A DNA stretch of 54,297 bases. Origin: an uncultured Spirochaetaceae bacterium (GTDB taxonomy: Bacteria; Spirochaetota; Spirochaetia; DSM-27196; SKKC01). The notes under the pieces are model-generated. The model searched no databases and was not told the origin of the DNA. It was given only the letters and a program-made list of their open reading frames with translations. Location of the stretch: the NCBI GenBank assembly GCA_964565375.1, contig CAZMEV010000007.1:4504-58800 (forward strand). Direction: 5' to 3'. How positions within the stretch are numbered: the first letter of the stretch is position 1; each line of letters begins with the position of its first letter. Shown here one piece after another: positions 1 through 7,548 of the stretch. The position numbers and the translations under genes were made by a program.

Positions 1-90
1 CCGCGCTGCACGAGCGGGGCAAGGGTCAGAAGCCGGCCGCGCTGCACGAGCGGCGCAAGGGTCAGAAGCCGGCCAGGCTGCACGAGCTGC
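1..90. repeat. 36-bp tandem repeat, about 2.5 copies, cut by the window edge
   Basis: ccgcgctgcacgagcgg.gcaagggtcagaagccgg starts at 1, 37 and 73 (third copy diverged). It lies immediately 3' of the recO stop. Confidence 0.8.
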
Positions 91-102
91 ATATAGAGAC
101 TC

Positions 103-756
103 CTACAGAATACCGCCCGAGCTTCGAACAGTGCGAAGCGGCCCTTCCACCACACGTTCAAGCCTGCGGAACAGGGCCCGCTGGATACCCGAAAGGGTAC
201 GGGGGGCAACCGAAAGAGAAAGCGAGTCGGCAAGTGAATGCGAATACGCTGCCTCAATGAACGGCCGCACCGCCGGGTCCCGCACATGATCGGGATCCAC
301 CGGGGCGCCCGCTATCGAAAGATAACGAAGCTGGACCTGTGCCGAGAGCACCCGCGTTCGCTCTTCGCCTGCAGTATCAAGAAGCGTGAGCCCTTCGAGC
401 AGGAGCGCAAACAGGTCGCCGGCTGCTTCACCTCCTCCATACGATCGCAGCACCATTTCGGCCCACAACCCGGCAGTGTAGAACCGGAGAACATCCTCAC
501 GAATCCCGTGAAACATCGAACGAACTTCCATGTCGGTGAGCTTGGTTCGGCCCCTCGCCGACTCCTCGTAGAGAAAGGCAGTACCGTGGATGTACGGGGC
601 CGTGACCCCGCGAAGACTTCCCTTATGACTGTAGGCGCCGTAGGCGATAGCCCGAACAATACCGTCGTCGGGAGTGAACAGCGTGAGTCCTTTATGCTGC
701 TCACCGACCCTGCGGTTTTCGAGTATTATGGCGTCACTACTGGCGTACCGATTCAT
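103..756 (-). CDS. recO: DNA repair protein RecO
   Basis: 217-aa ORF. The N-terminal OB-fold-like segment (AIILENRRVGEQHKGLTLFTPDDGIVRAIAYGA) and overall length are typical of RecO. Confidence 0.8.
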   Translation of the reverse strand: MNRYASSDAIILENRRVGEQHKGLTLFTPDDGIVRAIAYGAYSHKGSLRGVTAPYIHGTAFLYEESARGRTKLTDMEVRSMFHGIREDVLRFYTAGLWAEMVLRSYGGGEAAGDLFALLLEGLTLLDTAGEERTRVLSAQVQLRYLSIAGAPVDPDHVRDPAVRPFIEAAYSHSLADSLSLSVAPRTLSGIQRALFRRLERVVEGPLRTVRSSGGIL

Positions 757-893
757 TCGACCCTGATGCTCCGTTCGATATTGCAGCCGACGTTCAACCC
801 GTCCCGTTCCAGCGTATTCCTTTTGGCCGAACCGCTCGCCGGAGCGCGAAAATTTGGTTGCATAGGCGTGTCTTTCTTATACTATGAAGACTT

Positions 894-3236
894 ATGTCAA
901 ACGAGCGTTATATTATACCCGCAAATCAGGTCATGCCGACCCGATTGTTTGTACTTCCGCTTCGTGGAAGACCGGTCTTTCCGGGAATCTTTGTCCCGAT
1001 GATGGTAACAAGCGAGGAAGACCTCAAAGTTGTCAACGAAAGCCTGCAGGGCGACAGCTATCTCGGTCTCGTTCTCGCAGGTGACGAAGAGAGCACTGAG
1101 CACGACGCAAACGACCTGTATCAGGTCGGTACCGTAGCCCGGATCGTCAAGAAGATGAACCTGCCCGACGGCGGAATGAACATCTATGTTCAGACGCTGA
1201 AGCGGTTCCGGATCAAGAAAGTGCTGAAGCAGTCAGACCCGATTGTCGTCGCTTCCGAGCAGCTTGAGGATGTGGACACCGAAGGCGATGAGGTCAAGGC
1301 GTTAACCCGCAGTCTGATCGGTGAAATGAAGCAGGTCTCTGAGGATAATCCCATGTTCAGCGAAGAAATGCGGCTGAATATGGTGAACATCGATGAGCCC
1401 GGCAAAATCGCCGACTTCATTACCAGCATGCTTAACGTAGACCGTGCCGAGCAGCAGGAAGTTCTCGAAACCGAAAGTGTACGCGAGCGCATGGAAAAAG
1501 TCCTCATGTTCATTAAAAAAGAACAGGAACTCATGCGCATCCAGAAAAAGATCCAGAGCCAGATAAACGAAAAAATCGAGAAGAGCCAGCGTGAGTACTT
1601 CCTCAAGGAGCAGCTGAAGGCAATCAGGGAAGAACTCGGCGAACCGGCGGACTCGAAAAGCAGCGAGTACCAGCGCTTCAAGGCAGAAATCGACAAGCTT
1701 CCCCTTCCCGACGAAATACGGGAATCGGTCGAGCAGGAACTCGAGAAGTTCAACCTTACCGAGCCGCAGTCTCCGGAGTTCGCGATAACGAGAAACTATC
1801 TCGATACCATCATAAACCTGCCATGGGGCGAGCCCGCGCCTGAAAACATCGACATAAAAGAAGCCCAGAACGTCCTCGACGCGGACCATTACGGCCTCGA
1901 CGATGTGAAAGAGCGGATTCTCGAGTTTCTCGCGGTGCGAAGTCTCCGACAGGACGCAAAAGGCTCGATCGTGTGTCTCGCCGGCCCGCCGGGAGTCGGA
2001 AAAACAAGCGTCGGAAAGAGCATTGCCCGCGCGACCGGAAAGGAGTTCTTCCGGTTTTCGGTCGGCGGAATGCGCGATGAGGCGGAAATCAAGGGACACC
2101 GGCGAACGTACGTCGGAGCCATGCCGGGGAAGGTTATTCAGGGCCTGAAGCAGGTGAAAAGCAAAACCCCGGTATTCATGATCGACGAAATTGACAAGCT
2201 CGGTGTCAGCTTTCAGGGAGACCCCTCGAGTGCACTGCTTGAAGTGCTCGACCCGGAGCAGAACTCGGCGTTCCGTGATCACTATCTTGATCTGCCGTTC
2301 GATATCTCCGGCATCCTGTTCATAACAACCGCAAATACCACCGACACCATCCCGGGACCGCTTCTCGACCGGATGGAAGTCATTCGGATTCCCGGCTATA
2401 TAGATGAAGAAAAAATCGCGATCGCGAAGAAGTATCTCATTCCGCGTTCGCTCGAGCGTGCCGGACTCAAGAAAAGCCAGGTAAGCTACCACAAGAAGGC
2501 GCTTCAGGAGATCGTCAACAGCTACGCACGCGAAGCCGGCGTGCGTAACTTCGAGAAGTCGCTCGACAAGATCAATCGAAAGATCGCCCGACGCACGGTG
2601 GAAGGCTCAGCAGAGACGAAGGAAACAATTACCGAAGACAGACTGCAGGAGTTTCTCGGGCAGCCTCCGTTCCGCGAGGACCGGATGAAAAGAATCACCG
2701 GACCGGGTATGGCAATGGGTCTTGCCTGGACGCCGTACGGCGGCGATACGCTGCTCATAGAAGCCGTACGCACCCCGGGAAAAGAAGGGTTCAAGCTGAC
2801 CGGACAGATGGGCGAAGTCATGCAGGAATCGGCGAACATCGCCTACACCTGGGTTCGTGCCAACGCAGAGCGCTATGGCGTTGAAGCGGATTTCTTTGAC
2901 CGCAACCGTATTCACCTGCATATTCCGGCGGGCGCAATCCCCAAGGACGGCCCCTCGGCCGGTATTACTATGGCCTCAGCTCTTTTGAGTCTCGCGACCG
3001 GAAAGACTCCGGACAGCAAAACAGGCCTGACGGGGGAACTCTCGCTTGTAGGAACGGTCCTTGCTATTGGGGGCCTGAAGGAAAAGACAATTGCCGCGAA
3101 GCGCAACGGCGTGAAAACGATTGTATTCCCAAAGGCAAATGAGGGAGATCTCAGCGAAATCCCCGATCACGTCAAAAAAGGAATCCGTTTTCATCCGGTC
3201 TCCGAGATGACCGAAGTGATCGATGCGGTACTGTAG
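894..3236 (+). CDS. lon: ATP-dependent protease Lon (LonA)
   Basis: 780 aa with Walker A GPPGVGKTS, Walker B FMIDEIDK and the catalytic Ser motif PKDGPSAG. It has the full N-domain, AAA+ and protease architecture. Confidence 0.97.
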   Translation: MSNERYIIPANQVMPTRLFVLPLRGRPVFPGIFVPMMVTSEEDLKVVNESLQGDSYLGLVLAGDEESTEHDANDLYQVGTVARIVKKMNLPDGGMNIYVQTLKRFRIKKVLKQSDPIVVASEQLEDVDTEGDEVKALTRSLIGEMKQVSEDNPMFSEEMRLNMVNIDEPGKIADFITSMLNVDRAEQQEVLETESVRERMEKVLMFIKKEQELMRIQKKIQSQINEKIEKSQREYFLKEQLKAIREELGEPADSKSSEYQRFKAEIDKLPLPDEIRESVEQELEKFNLTEPQSPEFAITRNYLDTIINLPWGEPAPENIDIKEAQNVLDADHYGLDDVKERILEFLAVRSLRQDAKGSIVCLAGPPGVGKTSVGKSIARATGKEFFRFSVGGMRDEAEIKGHRRTYVGAMPGKVIQGLKQVKSKTPVFMIDEIDKLGVSFQGDPSSALLEVLDPEQNSAFRDHYLDLPFDISGILFITTANTTDTIPGPLLDRMEVIRIPGYIDEEKIAIAKKYLIPRSLERAGLKKSQVSYHKKALQEIVNSYAREAGVRNFEKSLDKINRKIARRTVEGSAETKETITEDRLQEFLGQPPFREDRMKRITGPGMAMGLAWTPYGGDTLLIEAVRTPGKEGFKLTGQMGEVMQESANIAYTWVRANAERYGVEADFFDRNRIHLHIPAGAIPKDGPSAGITMASALLSLATGKTPDSKTGLTGELSLVGTVLAIGGLKEKTIAAKRNGVKTIVFPKANEGDLSEIPDHVKKGIRFHPVSEMTEVIDAVL

Positions 3237-3254
3237 CCGTCAGACGGACATACT

Positions 3255-3279
3255 GCTGCAGCCTCCCGCAGGCTGCAGC
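3255..3279 (+). terminator. GC-rich hairpin downstream of lon (no U-tract)
   Basis: gctgcagcc-tcccgca-ggctgcagc forms a perfect 9-bp stem 19 nt after the lon stop. Confidence 0.45.
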
Positions 3280-3377
3280 GCCACTGCATGTGTCGCGCTA
3301 ACTGAAGAGTGTCGCTGCGCCTGAGAGGTTTGCTACTGCGTGACAGTGGCGAGGAATGAGAATAGGATTTGAGGCTG

Positions 3378-4187
3378 ATGGTTCGAAGACTGCCGCGGAT
3401 ACTCCTGATCTGCTGCGCATGTGTTCTGCTCCCGCCCGCGGTGGCGGGCCTCGACGGCGGAGCCCCCTCGTCTATTCCGGCAATCCGCGGCCTTCCCGGC
3501 TATGTCGCCGAAGATATTACCGCTTACCCTGAGCCATTTTACTGGGCGATGAGGGAGGTGCTTGCAGAACCTCCGGAGCTGCTTCGTCTTGTCGACCGCA
3601 GCAACGGGCTCGGCGAAGGATACGAACCGGATAATCTCGTTGACCTCAGCGAAAAACACGAGCACATCCGTACCGTAGGCAGACAGCGTGTCACCGAACG
3701 CGCCGCGGAAGCTCTCTCGCGCATGGTTCGCTCTGCCCGGGAGGACGGGGTTGAGCTTACCGTATCGAGCGCATACCGAAGCTTTGAGCGGCAGGTTGCG
3801 CTCCACGATTACTGGAAGGATGAACTCGGTGAAACTCTGGCACGGGCGGTGAGCGCGCCGCCCGGCTACAGCCAGCACCAGCTCGGCACGACAGTGGATT
3901 TCGCGCCCGTCGGCCGGGCGTTCGAAGATACACCGTCCGACATGTGGCTGAGAGAGAATGCGTGGCGCTACGGGTTTTCACTGAGCTATCCCGAAGGATA
4001 TGAGGAAATTACCGGATACAACTACGAAAGCTGGCACTACCGCTATATCGGTACTGCGGCCACATACGCCGAACAGCGATTCTTCGACGGTGTACAGCAA
4101 TACCTGCTTGAGTATCTGCATGAACACCGCACGGAGATCGAGCAATGGGCAACGAGCCGGTATGGTGATCCGACAGCAGAGCCGTAA
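3378..4187 (+). CDS. D-alanyl-D-alanine carboxypeptidase, VanY / peptidase M15B family, secreted
   Basis: Signal peptide VRRLPRILLICCACVLLPPAVAG. M15B zinc motifs SAYRSFERQ, HQLGTTVDF and ESWHYRY are present. A TTG at 3369 is an alternative start. Confidence 0.85.
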   Translation: MVRRLPRILLICCACVLLPPAVAGLDGGAPSSIPAIRGLPGYVAEDITAYPEPFYWAMREVLAEPPELLRLVDRSNGLGEGYEPDNLVDLSEKHEHIRTVGRQRVTERAAEALSRMVRSAREDGVELTVSSAYRSFERQVALHDYWKDELGETLARAVSAPPGYSQHQLGTTVDFAPVGRAFEDTPSDMWLRENAWRYGFSLSYPEGYEEITGYNYESWHYRYIGTAATYAEQRFFDGVQQYLLEYLHEHRTEIEQWATSRYGDPTAEP

Positions 4188-4224
4188 GTACCACATAGGG
4201 CGCCGAAGGATCACCCGCAAGGCC

Positions 4225-4248
4225 GGCTGCTGCGCTGCCGCAGCAGCC
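4225..4248 (+). terminator. GC-rich hairpin downstream of the M15B gene
   Basis: ggctgctgcg-ctgc-cgcagcagcc forms a perfect 10-bp stem. No U-tract follows. Confidence 0.4.
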
Positions 4249-4352
4249 GTAAGCGTCATACAGGGCTACTCGTCAGCTTCCTGCCGGTCGGGAGTGGCCC
4301 GGAGGCCTGTTCGCCCGGCTCTATTCCATACTACACTCATGACTGAAACGTT

Positions 4353-5636
4353 ATGCCGTCAGCACAGGAATATCTGAACAGCCTTCGCCGTTTGGCCATT
4401 GCTCCGCCGCGTGTGTGCCTTCCAGCACCACATGTTAATCTTAACCGCTGGGCAGTGCTCGCCTGCGATCAGCACACCTCGGAACCTGAATACTGGAACG
4501 ATGTAGCCCGGTTTGTGGGCACCGAGCCTTCGGCACTTCACTGCATATTACCGGAAGCACACCTTGAAGCGCCGGACGTCGAACAACGTATAAGCCATGC
4601 TCAATCCACAATGCGGGAGTATCTCGAGGATGGAACCCTGGTCGAGCACGATGAGATGTTCATACTCGTCCGTCGCACTCTCTCGGACGGAACACGACGC
4701 GATGGCCTGCTTGTAACCATCGATCTCGATCAATACGACTACCGACCGGGGTCAAAGACTCCGGTGAGAGCCACCGAAAAAACGATCGAGTCCAGGATTC
4801 CGGCCAGAACCCGCATTCGTCGGGGAGCTGCCATAGAGCTTCCGCACATTCTTGTGCTTGTGGATGACCCGAAAGACCTTTTATTTTATTCGCTTCTGCA
4901 GGACCATGAACACATGAAACGACTCTACAGTACGCCGCTTATGTACCACGGTGGACATGTGGAAGGATATCAGATAGCGGACGACAACCACCTGCAGAAC
5001 ATAGCGGAGGCACTTGAGCGCCTCGCCGATCCGGAACGCATGCGTGCGAGATACGGAACAGAGGAAACGTTTCTTTTTCCGGTTGGAGACGGTAACCACA
5101 GCCTTGCAGCTGCAAAGCAGTACTGGGAAGAGCGAAAAGCAGCTGGAGCCGAAGGAGACAACCCTGCGCGCTTCGCCATGGTAGAGCTCGTTAATCTTCA
5201 CGGGGACGGACTTCCCTTTCACCCGATTCACCGGTCGATCTCGGGTATCACGGAAGCCGAACTGCAGCTGGTACTTACGCAGGCGGGTTTTTCACCGGTC
5301 GAAGGGACTGCAGGAGATCCGCCGGCCGACATCGCTCTGCACGGTCCAGCCGGCCGGACCGGCTACAGGCAGGAAGAGCGCGGAAGCCTCAGCGTTGCAC
5401 TTGTCGATGGGGCTCTGCAGCAACTCGAACGTGCACGGATCGACTATATTCATGGCGAGGAGGCGATCAAAAAGACCGTTGAGAACGGTGATTTCGTGAT
5501 TGAACTCCCTTCTCTCGACCGGGACAGTCTTCTTTCCACGGTCGTCCGCTATGGTACGCTGCCGCGTAAGGCATTCTCCCTTGGCCGCGCGATGGATAAA
5601 CGGTATTATTTAGAGGCTCGGCGGCTCGATCGGTAA
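4353..5636 (+). CDS. DUF1015-like protein
   Basis: 427 aa. The GDGNHSLAAAK motif resembles the DGHH(R) core of DUF1015, and length and layout are compatible. The N-terminus diverges from the usual PPYDVI motif. Confidence 0.6.
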   Translation: MPSAQEYLNSLRRLAIAPPRVCLPAPHVNLNRWAVLACDQHTSEPEYWNDVARFVGTEPSALHCILPEAHLEAPDVEQRISHAQSTMREYLEDGTLVEHDEMFILVRRTLSDGTRRDGLLVTIDLDQYDYRPGSKTPVRATEKTIESRIPARTRIRRGAAIELPHILVLVDDPKDLLFYSLLQDHEHMKRLYSTPLMYHGGHVEGYQIADDNHLQNIAEALERLADPERMRARYGTEETFLFPVGDGNHSLAAAKQYWEERKAAGAEGDNPARFAMVELVNLHGDGLPFHPIHRSISGITEAELQLVLTQAGFSPVEGTAGDPPADIALHGPAGRTGYRQEERGSLSVALVDGALQQLERARIDYIHGEEAIKKTVENGDFVIELPSLDRDSLLSTVVRYGTLPRKAFSLGRAMDKRYYLEARRLDR

Positions 5637-5650
5637 ACGCGAACCGCGAT

Positions 5651-5740
5651 ATTGGATGAGGCCCGGATATTGGATGAGGCCCGGATATTGGATGAGGCCC
5701 GGATATTGGATGAGGCCCGGACATTGGATGAGGCCCGGGC
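5651..5740. repeat. 18-bp tandem repeat, 5 copies
   Basis: attggatgaggcccggat repeats five times (fifth copy has one change, gac for gat). It lies between the DUF1015 stop and the next gene's ATG. Confidence 0.95.
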
Positions 5741-5802
5741 TCCCGGGGAAAGACAGTTGGTCCCGATTGATATTTAGTCGATTCAAGGTAGAATTAACAG
5801 TT

Positions 5803-6714
5803 ATGAGGCGTCTTTTCGCCGCTACCATCCTGTGCTTTACGCTCATCCCGGCTGCCGGCCTGTTCGGCGACGGAGGATCTCCGGTCTTTGCCTTCGTCGG
5901 ACTCGAGGACTCTCAGGACGCCTTTTCCACCGCTGAAGTTCGTGTTCTGGAAAACCAGCTTACATCGGAACTCGTACGACTCGGGCGAAGCTCCGGCTTC
6001 AGTGTTACGATCCCGGGAAATCGCAGCGACATTCTGCAGCGAATTATCGCCTCAGAGGAGAGACAGCATGTTGGTTCGCTTTCGCGAATGGTGAGCGCAT
6101 ACGCAGTAGTAGGTGGACAGCTTGCCGAGATTTCCGAGGAAGTACATATCGACCTGCGCGCGGTACGCGTACAGGATGAAGCCCTTTTAGGTATGGTTTC
6201 ATATTCGTTCGCTACTGTTCCCGCAGCGATTCAAGAAACGCGTTCCATGCTTGCCGATGTGTTCGACGATCAACTTATCGCGACTGCCGAACGGCTTTTC
6301 GAAAGCGAGGAGGAGCGGGATTCAAGAGGCGAGGTTGATATTTCCGATCTGGAGGGAACCTGGCTGGGCGACAGTGGTATCGGGAGAGTAGAGATTCATG
6401 GCGACGGCAGTGCAACAGCCAGCTTGAATGATTCCGGTACCATGAAGCTGCGAATCCGCGTCGAAAACGGAACGATAATCGCCTCCCAGGACGAACCCAA
6501 CGCCCCGAAAATGTACATGTCTACGTTCCCATATACTGTTGCTGTTCAGATTGTGGACATTGCCCGGCCTATGAAATGGGAGTTCACCCTCACCGAAGAC
6601 GGAAGCCGGCTTCAGGGAATCAAGGATACGACCTTTCTTCAGATCGATCGTGGTCAGGTCGTGTGGGCGGACAACACGTATACACGTGAGGCGGTCTGGA
6701 CTCGGGCGGACTGA
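5803..6714 (+). CDS. secreted hypothetical protein
   Basis: An internal ATG gives the signal peptide MRRLFAATILCFTLIPAAGLFG. The maximal ORF (5656) would begin inside the 18-bp repeat. Confidence 0.65.
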   Translation: MRRLFAATILCFTLIPAAGLFGDGGSPVFAFVGLEDSQDAFSTAEVRVLENQLTSELVRLGRSSGFSVTIPGNRSDILQRIIASEERQHVGSLSRMVSAYAVVGGQLAEISEEVHIDLRAVRVQDEALLGMVSYSFATVPAAIQETRSMLADVFDDQLIATAERLFESEEERDSRGEVDISDLEGTWLGDSGIGRVEIHGDGSATASLNDSGTMKLRIRVENGTIIASQDEPNAPKMYMSTFPYTVAVQIVDIARPMKWEFTLTEDGSRLQGIKDTTFLQIDRGQVVWADNTYTREAVWTRAD

Positions 6715-6778
6715 CGTGTCGCAGTCAACTACGTCGACTGTTAAGCCGGCACGCCTGCAGCAAGCGCCAGGCGCCGTG

Positions 6779-7351
6779 TCAGGACACCTCCGCAGGATGC
6801 TTTCGTCCGGTAGCGGCAGCGGTTGATCCCGATCGGGCATACCGCTCGGGGCCACTTGAGCGCCCTGGTGATCCTTTTGAAGGGCCCGTTGTATCCGTTT
6901 TCCGATTGTTTTCATTCTGTCTCTGTTCTTCACCACGGCCCTCAAGGGAAACCTGAAGTGCGAGAATACCGCCGGCCAACACAACAGCAGCCAGGCGTAT
7001 AGCCGGCCTCGGATCTTCAAATGCGAACGTTCTTACGACAAGACGCCCCGGCGTGGGTGGTTCGACCATACCCGGCCCTTGATCGACAATAATCCGCCGC
7101 TCATCAGGTCGGAAGTACCCGAGCTGCCGGGCCTGAAGTCTCAGTCGGGATGAACTCGTACGATATGCCTCGAGTTCATGACGCAACTCACGGTCCCTTT
7201 GTTCCAGATCTTCTATATTCGCGAGAATATCTTTATAGTACTGTTCACGGGCTGCATACCGATTCAAACCTGTCGGACCAAAAAACAGGTTGAGAAGCAA
7301 GTAGATGCAAAGCCCTCCGGCCGCAGCGATCACCAGATGTTTTGCCCGCAT
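6779..7351 (-). CDS. septum formation initiator (FtsB/DivIC-like) membrane protein
   Basis: N-terminal TM helix (HLVIAAAGGLCIYLLLNLFFG) followed by a coiled-coil segment (YYKDILANIEDLEQRDRELRHELEAY). The C-terminal tail is low-complexity. Confidence 0.55.
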   Translation of the reverse strand: MRAKHLVIAAAGGLCIYLLLNLFFGPTGLNRYAAREQYYKDILANIEDLEQRDRELRHELEAYRTSSSRLRLQARQLGYFRPDERRIIVDQGPGMVEPPTPGRLVVRTFAFEDPRPAIRLAAVVLAGGILALQVSLEGRGEEQRQNENNRKTDTTGPSKGSPGRSSGPERYARSGSTAAATGRKHPAEVS

Positions 7352-7457
7352 GTCATCTAGGGGTAACGGCAGAGATCCGGAGAGCCTTTAGCTCTTTGAT
7401 CCACACGCAGCGGCAATCCGACCCTGTCCGGGACGCATGCAATAGCATAAGGCTTTC

Positions 7458-7486
7458 TTGACACCGCGTAGCGCAGGTCGTAGTCT
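7458..7486 (+). promoter_or_regulatory. candidate sigma70-type promoter for the 7549-15551 cluster
   Basis: TTGACA (7458-7463), 17-nt spacer, then TAGTCT (7481-7486). An AGGAG RBS at 7534-7538 precedes the ATG at 7549. Confidence 0.35.
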
Positions 7487-7548
7487 TAAAATTGCTATCA
7501 TAAAGGCGCTCTCTGTGCCGATATCCAGACTGTAGGAGATTTTTCTGC

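Noticed and set aside
853-886. Shared motif tttggttg...tatactatg upstream of lon (853-886) and of ppaC (50484-50499)
   Set aside because: There are only two occurrences with different spacing. As promoters they would imply near-leaderless transcripts. I could not exclude chance.
1302-2492. 396-aa ORF on the minus strand inside lon
   Set aside because: It lies fully antisense to a confidently identified gene and has R/F/L-rich composition with no motifs. Long stop-free antisense frames are expected in GC-rich coding DNA.
3280-3349. 70-nt segment with perfectly complementary 7-nt ends (gccactg...cagtggc), checked as a possible tRNA
   Set aside because: No D-arm or T-arm pairing exists, no GTTCRA T-loop is present, and no anticodon stem can be drawn.
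5651-5740. Tandem arrays here and at 31592, 22152 and 46660, considered as CRISPR arrays
   Set aside because: The units are directly adjacent with no unique spacers, periods are 18-54 bp, and no cas genes are in the window.
5656-5802. N-terminal extension MRPGYWMRPGYW... of the secreted-protein ORF
   Set aside because: It is encoded entirely by the 18-bp tandem repeat. A clean signal peptide starts at the internal ATG at 5803, so the extension was not annotated, but it is kept as a possibility in the findings.
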